Source of the DNA: Patescibacteria group bacterium
GTDB lineage: Bacteria > Patescibacteriota > Patescibacteriia > UBA9934
Direction of reading: 5' to 3'
NCBI GenBank assembly: GCA_041660165.1
Contig: JBAZWW010000001.1
Coordinates: 105,035-169,034 of the forward strand
Length of the DNA: 64,000 nucleotides
Under the pieces are notes generated by a model. That model worked only from the letters and a program-made list of their open reading frames with translations. It was not told where the DNA came from and searched no databases. The position numbers and the translations under genes were made by a program. The number at the start of each line of letters is the position of its first letter. Position 1 is the stretch's first letter. Below are positions 1-10,008 of this stretch, one piece after another.

Positions 1-244
1 CAAATGCTTGAGCTGGCTCAAGGCCATCCCTCTCTCGGTGATTCAACGTGGAGCGGGGGATGAGTTTGTGACGGCCGGTGGGGTCTCGCTCGACGAAATA
101 AATCCGCAAACCATGGAGTCAAAGATCTGTCCCGGACTCTTTTTTGCGGGTGAGATTATGAACGTGGACGGCTTTACGGGCGGGTTCAATTTGCAAGCTT
201 CTTGGTCTGCCGGACGCCTGGCCGGGCTCAGCACTTGCAATTAA
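1..244 (+). CDS. HI0933/BaiN-family flavoprotein (NAD(P)/FAD oxidoreductase), C-terminal part, truncated by window edge
   Basis: VTAGGV...TMESK...[17 protein letters not shown] motif typical of the HI0933 family. Confidence 0.85.
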   Translation, partial: KCLSWLKAIPLSVIQRGAGDEFVTAGGVSLDEINPQTMESKICPGLFFAGEIMNVDGFTGGFNLQASWSAGRLAGLSTCN

Positions 245-295
245 ATTGTTTTTCCGCTAATATCAGCGGATTGAATCTCAAAAATTGCAATTTGT

Positions 296-712
296 ATGTT
301 TAACAAGCGATTTGGCAACAAAGGCGGGGGTGATTGGAAAGCTAAAAAGAGTTTTGGTAAGGATTTTGGCGACCGTGATAGCGCTCCGCGCGAGATGCAT
401 GAGGCTACTTGTTCTGGCTGTAACAAGCAGTGTGAAGTGCCATTTAAACCTAACGGCCGAAAGCCAGTTTTCTGCAGTGATTGTTTCCGCAAGGATGAGA
501 ACCAGGACGACCGTGCGTCCTTTGGCGAAAAGCGCTCTTTCCGTGATGACCGGGGTTCAGACCGTGGCGCAGATCGCTCTTTTGATCGCCCAGCTCCGCA
601 TCCGAATGACAGAAGCACTGACCGCGGTTCGAGCGAGATTTGCGCTGAACTCCGCATCATGAATACCAAGCTCGACTCCATTTTGAAGGCCCTCACGAAT
701 GGTGGCGAGTAA
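296..712 (+). CDS. CxxC-x17-CxxC zinc-ribbon domain protein
   Basis: MHEATCSGC..CEVPFKP..KPVFCSDCF with RG/D-rich flanks and a short C-terminal coiled coil. Confidence 0.85.
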   Translation: MFNKRFGNKGGGDWKAKKSFGKDFGDRDSAPREMHEATCSGCNKQCEVPFKPNGRKPVFCSDCFRKDENQDDRASFGEKRSFRDDRGSDRGADRSFDRPAPHPNDRSTDRGSSEICAELRIMNTKLDSILKALTNGGE

Positions 713-809
713 GTGCTCGTACAGGAAGAAGACGACCGCAACCCTGTGGTCGTTTTGATTTCTGGTAAACTGTAGCCATGGTTTTGTACCGTTCTGCTAT
801 CATAGAGGA

Positions 810-2141
810 ATGAACATTGGGAAACTGGCCATGGTTCGATTTGGTTTACTCGCGCTTGGTTTCGCGCTAGCTTTTCGAGTATTCTCGATTGTTCGCGCCG
901 AGGACACCCCGCAAGCCCTCCAGCAACAGCTGAAGGAAATCGAGAGACAGATCAAGGCTGACCAGGCGGAGATTAAGCAGGTCCAGGGGCAGGCCAAGAC
1001 ATTGGCGAACATTATCAAGGTGCTCGGGAAACAGCAGAGCGTTTTACAGTTGCAGATCCAGTCAACTGAGGTAACGCTCAACGATGTTGAAAACCGCTTG
1101 CAGGATACGCAGATTGCCATGCAGGCAAATGAGAAGCATAGGGTGGCGTTACGCGAGCAGATGGGGGAGCTGATTCGGCAGATGAATTCCGCGGACGAGC
1201 AATCACTTTTGTATTCGTTTATTTCAAGCAAGAACATTTTTGACGTGCTGAATACCATCGAGCAGTACAAACAGCTGACCACTGATATTGGCGGAGCAGT
1301 TACTCGGGCCCGTGAGACCTCGGTGAAGCTCAAAAAACAAGAGACCGAGTTTACGCTTGAACAAGAAGAAGCGAGAAATTTGCAAACTGTTCGTGGTTTA
1401 CAGCAAACCGCGCTCGTCGAGAATACCGCCGAGCAAAAGACACTACTCGCAAATACCAAAGGCCAGGAGGCCGTGTATCAGTCAGAGCTGGGCGATCACA
1501 AGGCGCAGGCTGCTTTGATTCGCAATCGTATCTATGAACTGCTCGACGCTGGCAATACGCACATCACTTTTGGCCAAGCAGTGAAGATTGCGGATTGGGT
1601 GCATGAAGTGACCGGCATAGAGCCGGCTTTTCTGCTCGCCGTTGTCAGCCAAGAGTCCTCTCTCGGCGCGAACGTTGGCACGTGTAATCGAGCGGGCGAC
1701 CCTCCCTCGAAGAATTGGAAAGTCGTCATGAAACCAACGCGCGACCAAGCGCCGTTTGTCTCGATCATGAACCAGCTCGGCCGAAGCACTGAGGGCACGC
1801 CCATCTCCTGCCCCATGCATGACAAAGCCGGCCACCAGATTGGCTGGGGCGGGGCCATGGGCCCGGCGCAGTTTATTCCGTCTACATGGACAGGCTACGA
1901 CGCCAAGATTTCTGCCCTCACCGGCAAGCCCGCTGATCCCTGGGACATCCGTGATGCCTTCGTAGCCGCTGCACTAAAGTTAACTGCCGACGGAGCCTCA
2001 AGTAACACCGATCAAGGGGAGTGGAACTCGGCGATGCGTTACTTCAGCGGTTCGACCAATCCGCAATTCCGTTTCTACGGGGATCAGGTAATGACTCGCA
2101 CCGAGCGGTACAGAGCTGACATCAAAGAACTCGATAATTAG
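810..2141 (+). CDS. Secreted coiled-coil lytic murein transglycosylase
   Basis: Signal peptide, long coiled coil, C-terminal QESSLG / GAMGPAQFIPSTW SLT-like motifs. Confidence 0.85.
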   Translation: MNIGKLAMVRFGLLALGFALAFRVFSIVRAEDTPQALQQQLKEIERQIKADQAEIKQVQGQAKTLANIIKVLGKQQSVLQLQIQSTEVTLNDVENRLQDTQIAMQANEKHRVALREQMGELIRQMNSADEQSLLYSFISSKNIFDVLNTIEQYKQLTTDIGGAVTRARETSVKLKKQETEFTLEQEEARNLQTVRGLQQTALVENTAEQKTLLANTKGQEAVYQSELGDHKAQAALIRNRIYELLDAGNTHITFGQAVKIADWVHEVTGIEPAFLLAVVSQESSLGANVGTCNRAGDPPSKNWKVVMKPTRDQAPFVSIMNQLGRSTEGTPISCPMHDKAGHQIGWGGAMGPAQFIPSTWTGYDAKISALTGKPADPWDIRDAFVAAALKLTADGASSNTDQGEWNSAMRYFSGSTNPQFRFYGDQVMTRTERYRADIKELDN

Positions 2142-2187
2142 GGCGAAGTGAAGACGAACTTGTTATTCGTCCCATCTTTATCTTGAT

Positions 2188-2220
2188 CGCCTCCGTACAC
2201 TAAGTTGTACGGGGCGTTTT
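2188..2220 (+). terminator. Probable intrinsic terminator
   Basis: CGCCTCCGTACA...TGTACGGGGCG hairpin followed by TTTT. Confidence 0.6.
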
Positions 2221-2273
2221 CATTTGTGGGTATGTATAGACGCTGTACTTCATTTGTACTACACTGCGGGTAT

Positions 2274-2474
2274 ATGAATACTATGCTTCAGGTGCGGGTT
2301 GATGGGAAAATCAAAGAGAAGGCCGGGAAGGCCTTTGTGGCCATGGGTCTTGATTTGTCATCGGGGGTGAGGCTCTATCTTACGCATGTAGCAAGAACGA
2401 AAACTATCCCGTACACAATGCTAGACATTGATAATTTTATTCGAGAACAAAAGATCAAACCTGCTACCAAATAG
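2274..2474 (+). CDS. RelB/DinJ-family antitoxin, short, no adjacent toxin
   Basis: LQVRVD..IKEKA...F..MGLDLSSGVRLYL......TIP ribbon-helix-helix signature. Confidence 0.75.
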   Translation: MNTMLQVRVDGKIKEKAGKAFVAMGLDLSSGVRLYLTHVARTKTIPYTMLDIDNFIREQKIKPATK

Positions 2475-2480
2475 ACCTCT

Positions 2481-3038
2481 ATGGACTTCGGCAAACAAGC
2501 GATTATCATCCGCGGAAACGGGAACGCGAAACCAAGTAGTCATTGGTTCCCGTATGTTGAGCGCGAGCTGACCAAGCTCGGCCTTGAGGTGGTGAACGTT
2601 GAGTTTCCTGATCCCGTCATGGCGCATGAGCGCGAGTGGCTGCCGTTTCTTGACGAACTCGGTGCGGATGAGAACACGATTTTGATCGGCCATTCGTCTG
2701 GGGCGGTGGCGGCCATGCGGTACGCGGAGAAGAATGAAATCCTTGGCTCAGTCCTGGTTGGCGCCTGTTATACGGATCTTGGTGATGCGGGGGAGCGTGA
2801 GAGCGGGTATTATGATCGCCCGTGGGATTGGGAAGCAATCAAGAAGAACCAGCGGTGGATTGTGCAGTTTGCTTCAACGGATGACCCATTGATTCCGATT
2901 GCGGAGGCCAGGCATATTCACGAGGTGCTCGGCACAGAATACACAGAGTTCACTGACCGCCAGCATTTTGGCTATCCCAAAGAACAGAAAGAATTTCCTG
3001 AACTGGTGGCGTCTGTTCGTGAGAAGCTGAAGAGATAG
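2481..3038 (+). CDS. RBBP9/YdeN-family alpha/beta hydrolase
   Basis: HWFPY, GHSSG nucleophile elbow, STDDP, distal His. Confidence 0.9.
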   Translation: MDFGKQAIIIRGNGNAKPSSHWFPYVERELTKLGLEVVNVEFPDPVMAHEREWLPFLDELGADENTILIGHSSGAVAAMRYAEKNEILGSVLVGACYTDLGDAGERESGYYDRPWDWEAIKKNQRWIVQFASTDDPLIPIAEARHIHEVLGTEYTEFTDRQHFGYPKEQKEFPELVASVREKLKR

Positions 3039-3058
3039 CTTAGACAGACCTGGCGTTC

Positions 3059-3119
3059 TTAGACCCTGACGTGAGGAAGCCCGTCCGACCGGATCGTCCG
3101 GGCGGGGGTCTAGAGGTGG
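3059..3119. repeat. Palindromic element (TAGACCC...GGGTCTAGAGGTGG type) with a nested hairpin
   Basis: Matches copies at 23150, 23563 and 26035; extra GCCCGTCCGACC..TCCGGGCGGG inserted in the loop. Confidence 0.75.
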
Positions 3120-3123
3120 ACGC

Positions 3124-4902
3124 TTATGTATTTTTTTGCGTCTCCTGATACTTCTCCCACATTGTCTGGAATCTTTTCGAGTTTCTCATTAGCTCGTCGA
3201 GCGATCCCGATGTGATGATTCGTCCCTCGTCAAAATAGTAAATAACGTCAAACAGGTGAAGGAGGTGCAAGCGGTGAACGGAGGAGATGATGGCCTTATT
3301 CTTAAATTCTTTAAAAATATTTTCGTAAATGGCGGATTCGTTTTGGAGATCGACACTGCTGGTCGGCTCATCGAGCAAGACAATCGACTTGTCAGTACAG
3401 GCGAGTAATCCGCGAGCCAGCGCCAGGCGTTGTTTTTCGCCTCCGCTCAAGTTCACGCCTTTTTCGACGATCGAGGAATCAAGTCCGTGGGGGAGACGCT
3501 CGACTACATCCGTAAACCTGGCCATGTCCGTGTACTTGGTGATTGTTGAAGCCTTGTGCTCCACGCCCATCGTAATGTTTTCCCGAATAGTCGTAGCGAA
3601 AATCTCCGGATCCTGCGGGATTAGGGCAATCTGCGCGCTCATGGCGTCTAGTCCGTGCTTGAGCGGTTTGCCGTCAAGGATTACTCGAACATTCTTCGGT
3701 TCATACAGTCCTCGCAAAACTTTCAGCATGGTGGTCTTTCCGCTTCCGCTCTCGCCAATGAAGGCAATACGCGCTCCTCGACGAATAGAGATCGAGACAT
3801 CTTCAAGGTGAAGATCAGCGCCGGTTTCTGGATGATATGAGAAGGAGAGCTGGTTGATGTCCAGTTCCTTCCAGTTTGGTTTTGATGAAAGAAGGTTGAG
3901 ATTTTTCTTGGTGCGGAATTCGTCTGAAAGCTCCTCGGCATTTAAGACAGCCGAGCGTTGCTTAACCATGTCGCCGTACATGTAGGTGAAGTTGAAGAAG
4001 ACATCCGTGGCCCGCTGAACATAGGTATAGAGGAGATAGACCGCGCCAAGCGAGACGGCCAGGCCAAGCTGAACATTATGGGTGAAGTAAATGGCCAGCA
4101 CAAAGAACATGGTGATGCCCGTGCACATGGCTACCAGAAACCACTTCACTTCATTTAGCGTGGTATTCTTCTTATAGAGCGGGAATGGCTGGAAGATTTT
4201 AGTTTCTATGGTTTTGGCAACGAGTTTTTCAATTCGCAAGACAATGACCGTGGTCACATTGCTGATGACGTCAAATACTTTTGCGGAATTGGAATTGTAC
4301 ATTCGGTTTAATTCCCGATATTGCGCAATCAGCCGTTTATCAAAGGTGAGAATGATAACTGCGCTGACGCCAGCCATGCCGGCCACAATGAGGCCCGCCC
4401 AAATATCAAAGTAAAGGAGAATGCCAAAGGTGAAGAGAAGCCGGGAAGCGCTTTCTACAAGTTTATAAGTATCCTCGGCAAAGTTGCCAAGCGCCGTGGA
4501 GCCTTTTTCGATTTTATCTATCGTGTCGCCGGAATGATGATCCGTGTGCCAGGACGCTGGCAGATCAAGGACGCCATTAACGAGGAACATTTTGAAGTTC
4601 GAGAAAGTCAAAAAAGAATTCTTTCTTTCTATCACTCTGGCTGGTCCGTGAAAAGCCCAGAAGGCCAGCTGGACGCCTACAAACGAGCTTGAGAGCAGGA
4701 TGATTGACGGCAGAGTTGCTTGAGTGACGCCTTGGAATTGAATGACGTCGAGAATTTTTGCAACAAAGAACGGCTCCAGCAAATAAACCGTGTTAGCCCC
4801 CAAGAACAAGACAAAATACAAAACAACCATTCGGCGGTTGCCGGCGGAATATTTCCACAAGCGTTTGAGCAAGAAGAGTACCGGGTTGTTATCCAGCTTC
4901 AT
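3124..4902 (-). CDS. ABC exporter, fused permease-ATPase
   Basis: N-terminal TM domain, GESGSGKT, LSGGEKQR, LLDEPTS. Confidence 0.9.
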   Translation of the reverse strand: MKLDNNPVLFLLKRLWKYSAGNRRMVVLYFVLFLGANTVYLLEPFFVAKILDVIQFQGVTQATLPSIILLSSSFVGVQLAFWAFHGPARVIERKNSFLTFSNFKMFLVNGVLDLPASWHTDHHSGDTIDKIEKGSTALGNFAEDTYKLVESASRLLFTFGILLYFDIWAGLIVAGMAGVSAVIILTFDKRLIAQYRELNRMYNSNSAKVFDVISNVTTVIVLRIEKLVAKTIETKIFQPFPLYKKNTTLNEVKWFLVAMCTGITMFFVLAIYFTHNVQLGLAVSLGAVYLLYTYVQRATDVFFNFTYMYGDMVKQRSAVLNAEELSDEFRTKKNLNLLSSKPNWKELDINQLSFSYHPETGADLHLEDVSISIRRGARIAFIGESGSGKTTMLKVLRGLYEPKNVRVILDGKPLKHGLDAMSAQIALIPQDPEIFATTIRENITMGVEHKASTITKYTDMARFTDVVERLPHGLDSSIVEKGVNLSGGEKQRLALARGLLACTDKSIVLLDEPTSSVDLQNESAIYENIFKEFKNKAIISSVHRLHLLHLFDVIYYFDEGRIITSGSLDELMRNSKRFQTMWEKYQETQKNT

Positions 4903-4989
4903 AAGGCACCAGCAATTATAACAGGATAGCGCTCCTGTTCCCGATGTTGTAAACTTCCACCCATAATGCAACGCACTTCTTTCATGCGT

Positions 4990-6285
4990 ATGGCCAAGAT
5001 TGCCAAGATTCATGGGCGGGAAATTCTTGATTCGCGCGGGAATCCTACGGTTGAGGTTGATCTGTGGCTTGATAGCGGGCAGATGGTTAGGGCGAGTGTC
5101 CCCTCGGGCGCATCCACCGGTAAGCGCGAGGCGATTGAACTGCGCGATGGCGACAAGAAGCGCTATGCAGGCAAAGGCGTCTTAAACGCGGTGAATAACG
5201 TGAATACTGAACTGGCCAAACTGGTAGTCGGCCAGGATCCGGATGAACTTGAGAAGATCGATCAGATGATGATTGAGCTTGATGGCACTGAGAACAAAGG
5301 CCGGCTGGGGGCGAATGCAATTCTCGGCGTCTCCATCGCCGTCTTGAAGGCGGGCGCGGCTGCTGCGAATCTCCCCATCTACGAATACATCAAACGAAAG
5401 TATCGCCCAGAGACGCCGTACATCATGCCGGTGCCCATGTTCAACATTTTGAACGGTGGATTGCACGCCGAGGGCTCGTCCGATTTTCAGGAGTACAAGA
5501 TCGCTGCCATTGGTGCGCCGAGTTTGACGGAGGCTGTGCGCTGGAGTGCGGAGGTGTTCCACGTCCTTAAAAAGATTCTGCACGAGCGCGGTTTGACTAC
5601 AACGGTGGGGGATGAGGGGGGCTTTGCCCCGGCGCTCAGCTCGAACGACGAGTACCCACAGATCATTGTTGAAGCGATCAAGAAGGCGGGATACGAACCA
5701 GGTAAGGATATTTATCTGGCTCTCGATCCAGCGAGTAGTGCCTTCTATGACAATGGCAAGTACAATTTGAAGCGTGATGGTCGAGTACTAAACTCGGACG
5801 AAATGATTGCTTTCTGGGTTGATTGGGTGAACAAGTATCCGATTATCTCCATTGAGGATGGGCTAGGCGAGGATGACTGGGAGAACTGGAAGAAACTTTA
5901 CGAGACCCTGGGTCACAAGATCCAGATCATGGGTGATGATTTGCTCGTCACAAATCCCAAGATCATCAAGAAAGCAATAGCTGACAAGCTGGCTAACTCG
6001 GCCTTGATCAAGATCAACCAGATCGGTTCGATGTCTGAGACGATTGAAGCGGTGAACCTGGCCCACGCTGCGGGCTGGTCGGCCGTCGTGTCTCACCGAT
6101 CGGGGGAGACCGAAGACACAACTATCGCTGACCTGGTGGTCGGCCTTAGTACGGGCATGATCAAGACAGGCTCGGCCAGCCGGTCAGAACGCGTGGCCAA
6201 GTACAACCAGCTGATGCGCATTGAGGAAGAACTGGGGGAGAAGGCTGTGTACCCCGGCATGAAGGCGTTTGCGAATATTAAGTAG
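4990..6285 (+). CDS. eno: Enolase
   Basis: REILDSRGNPTVE, VPSGASTG, SHRSGETED, RSERVAKYNQL. Confidence 0.99.
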   Translation: MAKIAKIHGREILDSRGNPTVEVDLWLDSGQMVRASVPSGASTGKREAIELRDGDKKRYAGKGVLNAVNNVNTELAKLVVGQDPDELEKIDQMMIELDGTENKGRLGANAILGVSIAVLKAGAAAANLPIYEYIKRKYRPETPYIMPVPMFNILNGGLHAEGSSDFQEYKIAAIGAPSLTEAVRWSAEVFHVLKKILHERGLTTTVGDEGGFAPALSSNDEYPQIIVEAIKKAGYEPGKDIYLALDPASSAFYDNGKYNLKRDGRVLNSDEMIAFWVDWVNKYPIISIEDGLGEDDWENWKKLYETLGHKIQIMGDDLLVTNPKIIKKAIADKLANSALIKINQIGSMSETIEAVNLAHAAGWSAVVSHRSGETEDTTIADLVVGLSTGMIKTGSASRSERVAKYNQLMRIEEELGEKAVYPGMKAFANIK

Positions 6286-6296
6286 GTCTTGTTCGT

Positions 6297-6390
6297 GTCA
6301 TCCCGACGTAAGGAGGGATCTGAATTGGCAATCTGGATAATGCATCGACCAATCAGATCTCTCGGCCGTCGGACGGCCTCGAGATGACAA
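6297..6390. repeat. Palindromic element (GTCATC...GATGAC type)
   Basis: GTCATCCCGACGTAAGGAGGGATCT...AGATCTCTCGGCCGTCGGACGGCCTCGAGATGAC; arms shared with 20519 and 25058. Confidence 0.85.
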
Positions 6391-6431
6391 CAACGCTCAG
6401 GCTGACGCTGAGACTCGGGACGACAGCGAAT

Positions 6432-6473
6432 AATACATAAGACACTTATTATATAAGAGACTTATATAATTTC
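6432..6473. repeat. AT-rich palindrome ATTATATAAG-N3-CTTATATAAT, copy 1
   Basis: 38/42 identical to 26674-26715. Confidence 0.75.
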
Positions 6474-6494
6474 TGCTTGGGACGCGAATTTTCT

Positions 6495-8171
6495 ATGACC
6501 CAAAATGAAGCCCTTAACATCCTCAAAACCGGCGCGAATGTGTTCCTGACGGGGGAGCCAGGGGCGGGCAAGAGCCACACTGTGCGCGAGTACGTGCACT
6601 ATTTGCGCTCGCATGGCGTAGAGCCGGCCATTACGGCAAGTACCGGCATCGCCGCCACGCACATTGGCGGGCTCACCATTCATTCCTGGAGCGGGATTGG
6701 CATCAAGAAGGCGCTGACGAAGCACGAGATTCGAGAAATCGGAACTAACGATCGTGTAGCGAGCCGGATGCGGAAGACGCATGTGCTGATTATTGACGAG
6801 GTGTCCATGCTCGACGCCAACACGCTCGGCCTGGTTGACGCGGTGTTGCGAGGAGTGAAAGAGAATCACGCGGCCTTTGGTGGGATGCAGGTTATCTTTG
6901 TGGGCGACTTTTTCCAGCTTCCGCCAGTGTCCAGGCACGGCGAGGAGCCGAGCGAATTCTCTTTTACTGCAGACGCGTGGCACTCGGCCAAGCCGGTGGT
7001 TTGCTATTTGAGCGAGCAACACCGTCAAGAGGATCCCGAATTTCTCGAGGTCCTGTCCTCGATGCGTACCGGCAGTGTCCCCGCCGAGCACAAAGCTCGT
7101 CTGCTCGCTCGCCAACAAACGGGTGTTTCAGAATCCGATATCACGAAACTGTTCCCGCACAACGCCGACGTGGATAGGATCAACGCGAATGAGCTCTCGA
7201 AAATCCCGGGGGAGGCCAAATCTTTTAAGATGAATGACAACGGGAATCCAAAAATGTGCGAGGCTTTGCGCCGGGGCTGTCTCTCGCCCGAGAGGCTCGA
7301 CTTGAAGAAAGGCGCGCGAGTCATGTTTACTCGAAACAATTTCGAGGAGGGTTTTGTGAACGGCACAACGGGGGATGTAGAAGGCTTCTCGCCAGATACA
7401 GGATTCCCCGTAGTAATAACTCGATCCGGTCGCCGAATCGAAGTAGAACCGGCGCGCTGGGCGATTGAGGCGGATTCAAGAACGCTTGCGTCAATTTCGC
7501 AGATTCCTTTACGGCTGGCGTGGGCCATGACCGTGCATAAGAGCCAAGGCATGAGTCTCGACGCGGCCTTCGTTGATTTGTCCGGCGCGTTTGCGTACGG
7601 GCAGGGGTATGTGGCGCTGTCGAGAGTTCGTACGCTCGCCGGTCTGTTCCTTGGCGGTCTCAATGAGCGCGCGCTCGAGGTTGATCAAACGGTGCTTGCC
7701 GAAGACGGCGAGTTTAGAGCGCGCTCGGAAAATGCTCGAACAACCTACGGCGAACTTGATTCCGCAAAACTTGAACAGAAGCACAAAGGATTTTTGGTAG
7801 CCTGCGGGGGGAGAGTAACGGCGCGGACACCTATCGAGATGCTCGCGGCCCCGCTCACTCGCACACCAAGGAGCAAAGAACCACGATACGAACAAACGCT
7901 CGCGTTATTACTCGAAGGAAAAAGCGTGAGCGAGGTTGCCACCGAGCGGAGCCGAAAAGACGGGACAATTATCGAACACCTCGAAAAGTTAAAAGAACTC
8001 GGCAAACTGCCAAAGGAAAAATTGGAACACCTGCAGAGCAAAAAAATGTTCGCAGACATTCACTCCGCGTTCAAGGCCAAGAAGACTCAACAGCTGAGCC
8101 CGATCTTTGCGCACCTAAAGGGCAAGTACTCGTACGATGACATCAGGCTCGCGCGCATTTTCTACCCGTAG
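6495..8171 (+). CDS. PIF1-family 5'-3' DNA helicase with C-terminal helix-turn-helix
   Basis: GEPGAGKS, ASTGIAA, IIDEVSM, GDFFQLPPV, TVHKSQG, YVALSR. Confidence 0.93.
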   Translation: MTQNEALNILKTGANVFLTGEPGAGKSHTVREYVHYLRSHGVEPAITASTGIAATHIGGLTIHSWSGIGIKKALTKHEIREIGTNDRVASRMRKTHVLIIDEVSMLDANTLGLVDAVLRGVKENHAAFGGMQVIFVGDFFQLPPVSRHGEEPSEFSFTADAWHSAKPVVCYLSEQHRQEDPEFLEVLSSMRTGSVPAEHKARLLARQQTGVSESDITKLFPHNADVDRINANELSKIPGEAKSFKMNDNGNPKMCEALRRGCLSPERLDLKKGARVMFTRNNFEEGFVNGTTGDVEGFSPDTGFPVVITRSGRRIEVEPARWAIEADSRTLASISQIPLRLAWAMTVHKSQGMSLDAAFVDLSGAFAYGQGYVALSRVRTLAGLFLGGLNERALEVDQTVLAEDGEFRARSENARTTYGELDSAKLEQKHKGFLVACGGRVTARTPIEMLAAPLTRTPRSKEPRYEQTLALLLEGKSVSEVATERSRKDGTIIEHLEKLKELGKLPKEKLEHLQSKKMFADIHSAFKAKKTQQLSPIFAHLKGKYSYDDIRLARIFYP

Positions 8172-8190
8172 ATTTGGTATACTCTGGCAT

Positions 8191-8835
8191 ATGTGTTTTT
8201 CAGCAACTGCTAGTTTCGTAGCCAGTGGGGTGCTCGTAGGCGCCTCGATTATTACGTTTGCGAACATGAGGAAACAGCCGACAAGGCTGTTCGCTGTCAT
8301 CCCGCTGTTGTTCGCTGTACAACAAGCTATTGAGGGCTTCCAATGGCTGGCGCTCGGCCACGGTTCGGCTAGCTTGCCATTAGGCTACGCGTTTCTCTTT
8401 TTTGCCTATCTGTTCTGGCCGGTTTTCCTTCCGCTCGCTTCGCTTCAAGCGGAGACTGACAAAACTCGGCGAACGCTTATCAAGGTTTGTTTCGGCGCGG
8501 GCATTTTTACGGCCATTCTTTTGGGCTACTATCTCATTGCCCGACCGCTCGTTGTAGAGGAGCTTGGGAATTGCATAAACTATTCCATTGAAACCACGCA
8601 TTCCGTTATCCTGCCCTTGGCGTATGTTATATCAGTTATTGGTGGAGGCCTTTTGGTCAAACGTTTCTGGATCCAGATGTTTGGCACTCTTGGCCTTGTT
8701 GGCCTGGCCGTAAGTTACATTGGCTTCACTCAGGCCTACCAATCCGTCTGGTGTTTTTTTGCGGCCGCTCTCAGCCTGTGCGTGATCATGGAGTTGCGCG
8801 CTCATCATCAACGATCAAATAATAAACAAGAGTAA
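8191..8835 (+). CDS. Multi-pass membrane protein (MCFSATASF start, DUF6629-like)
   Basis: MCFSATASF, QQAIEG.QW and SVWCFFAA motifs; about 7 TM segments. Confidence 0.75.
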   Translation: MCFSATASFVASGVLVGASIITFANMRKQPTRLFAVIPLLFAVQQAIEGFQWLALGHGSASLPLGYAFLFFAYLFWPVFLPLASLQAETDKTRRTLIKVCFGAGIFTAILLGYYLIARPLVVEELGNCINYSIETTHSVILPLAYVISVIGGGLLVKRFWIQMFGTLGLVGLAVSYIGFTQAYQSVWCFFAAALSLCVIMELRAHHQRSNNKQE

Positions 8836-8847
8836 TTATTTTCTTAT

Positions 8848-9255
8848 ATGACAACTTTTCATTCGTATCGTTTGGGGCTTGCGTGTTCGGCAGTCGCTCT
8901 AGTTTTTATGGGCGCTGGTTGCACTGGATCATCATTAAACACACCGAGCGTTTCGACTGCTCCCGTAGCGCAGTCGGCCATCACGGTTGCCTCGCCCAAG
9001 GCGAATGAGACTGTCACAAACCCGCTGGCCATCACGGGCCAGGCTCCTGTTGGGCAAACGGTTTATGCTGCCGCCGTGGTAGACGGCAACCCCGTTTCTT
9101 TGACGCTCGATCAGCCGGATGAGGCAGGCAACTTTACCCTAAAGGAACTTGGACTTGATCGAGTCACTGGTGACTTTTCGCTAGTGGTCTACAACATTAA
9201 CGAGAACGGCGACTGGCTGAACCAGGTGACGATCCCACTGCATCTCAGACAGTAG
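8848..9255 (+). CDS. Lipoprotein with Ig-like (Gmad2-like) domain
   Basis: FMGAGC lipobox; ITVASPKANETVTNPLAITGQA. Confidence 0.7.
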   Translation: MTTFHSYRLGLACSAVALVFMGAGCTGSSLNTPSVSTAPVAQSAITVASPKANETVTNPLAITGQAPVGQTVYAAAVVDGNPVSLTLDQPDEAGNFTLKELGLDRVTGDFSLVVYNINENGDWLNQVTIPLHLRQ

Positions 9256-9270
9256 AGGATATCCTCGGCA

Positions 9271-9924
9271 ATGTCTTCTATGATTCATGGTCTTCGAATA
9301 GTTTTTATAGCCTTGATCGGAACAGCCCTGGCAGGATTTCTTTTGCTGTTTTCGGTTATTATGATCGAGGGGAAACGGCATGATGTGAAGGCTGATCTTC
9401 AGGCCATTGCTCCGCAGAATGTAGCGATTGTTTTTGGCGCAGGAATCAAACGAGACAATACGCCATCTGATGCCTTAGAAGATAGGTTGATCGTAGCGGC
9501 GAGGCTCTATCATGCTGGTCAGGTCAAAACGATTCTTGTTTCCGGCGACAACCGATTTAAAAATTATTCCGAGCCGGACGTGATGCGGGATGCGCTTGTT
9601 GAGCGCATGGGCGTAGATGCAAAAGACATTCAGGCTGATTACGCCGGACGCCGGACGTATGACACTTGTATTCGAGCAAAAAAACTTTGGGGAGTTGATC
9701 ACGCCATTCTAATTTCACAAGATTTTCATCTTCCGCGAGCCATCTGGACCTGTGATAAATTAGGTATTGAAAGTTCCGGCGCTTCAGCCTCACTCCGTCC
9801 CTACATGTTTGCCGTGGATTATCGTGCTCGAGAAATTCTGGCCGATCTGAACGCCTTTATTAACGTCTATATTTGGCATCCTGGGTACGTGGGAGGGGAG
9901 TTTGTGACGGATATTGATCCGTAA
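9271..9924 (+). CDS. SanA/YdcF (DUF218) family protein
   Basis: AIVFGAG, LEDRL, LVSGDN, DYAGRRTYDTC, SQDFHLPRA. Confidence 0.92.
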   Translation: MSSMIHGLRIVFIALIGTALAGFLLLFSVIMIEGKRHDVKADLQAIAPQNVAIVFGAGIKRDNTPSDALEDRLIVAARLYHAGQVKTILVSGDNRFKNYSEPDVMRDALVERMGVDAKDIQADYAGRRTYDTCIRAKKLWGVDHAILISQDFHLPRAIWTCDKLGIESSGASASLRPYMFAVDYRAREILADLNAFINVYIWHPGYVGGEFVTDIDP

Positions 9925-9925
9925 T

Positions 9926-9972
9926 TGAAACACCCCGCCGTTAGCGACCCATGGGGGCGTTTCATCGGCGGG
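9926..9972. repeat. Orphan-unit 3' repeat, copy 1
   Basis: TGAAACACCCCGCCGTTAGCGACCCATGGGGGCGTTTC, one mismatch to 12770-12807. Confidence 0.85.
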
Positions 9973-10008
9973 ATGACGGCGGGAGGCTTAGGCGCATGGC
10001 CCGAAGCC

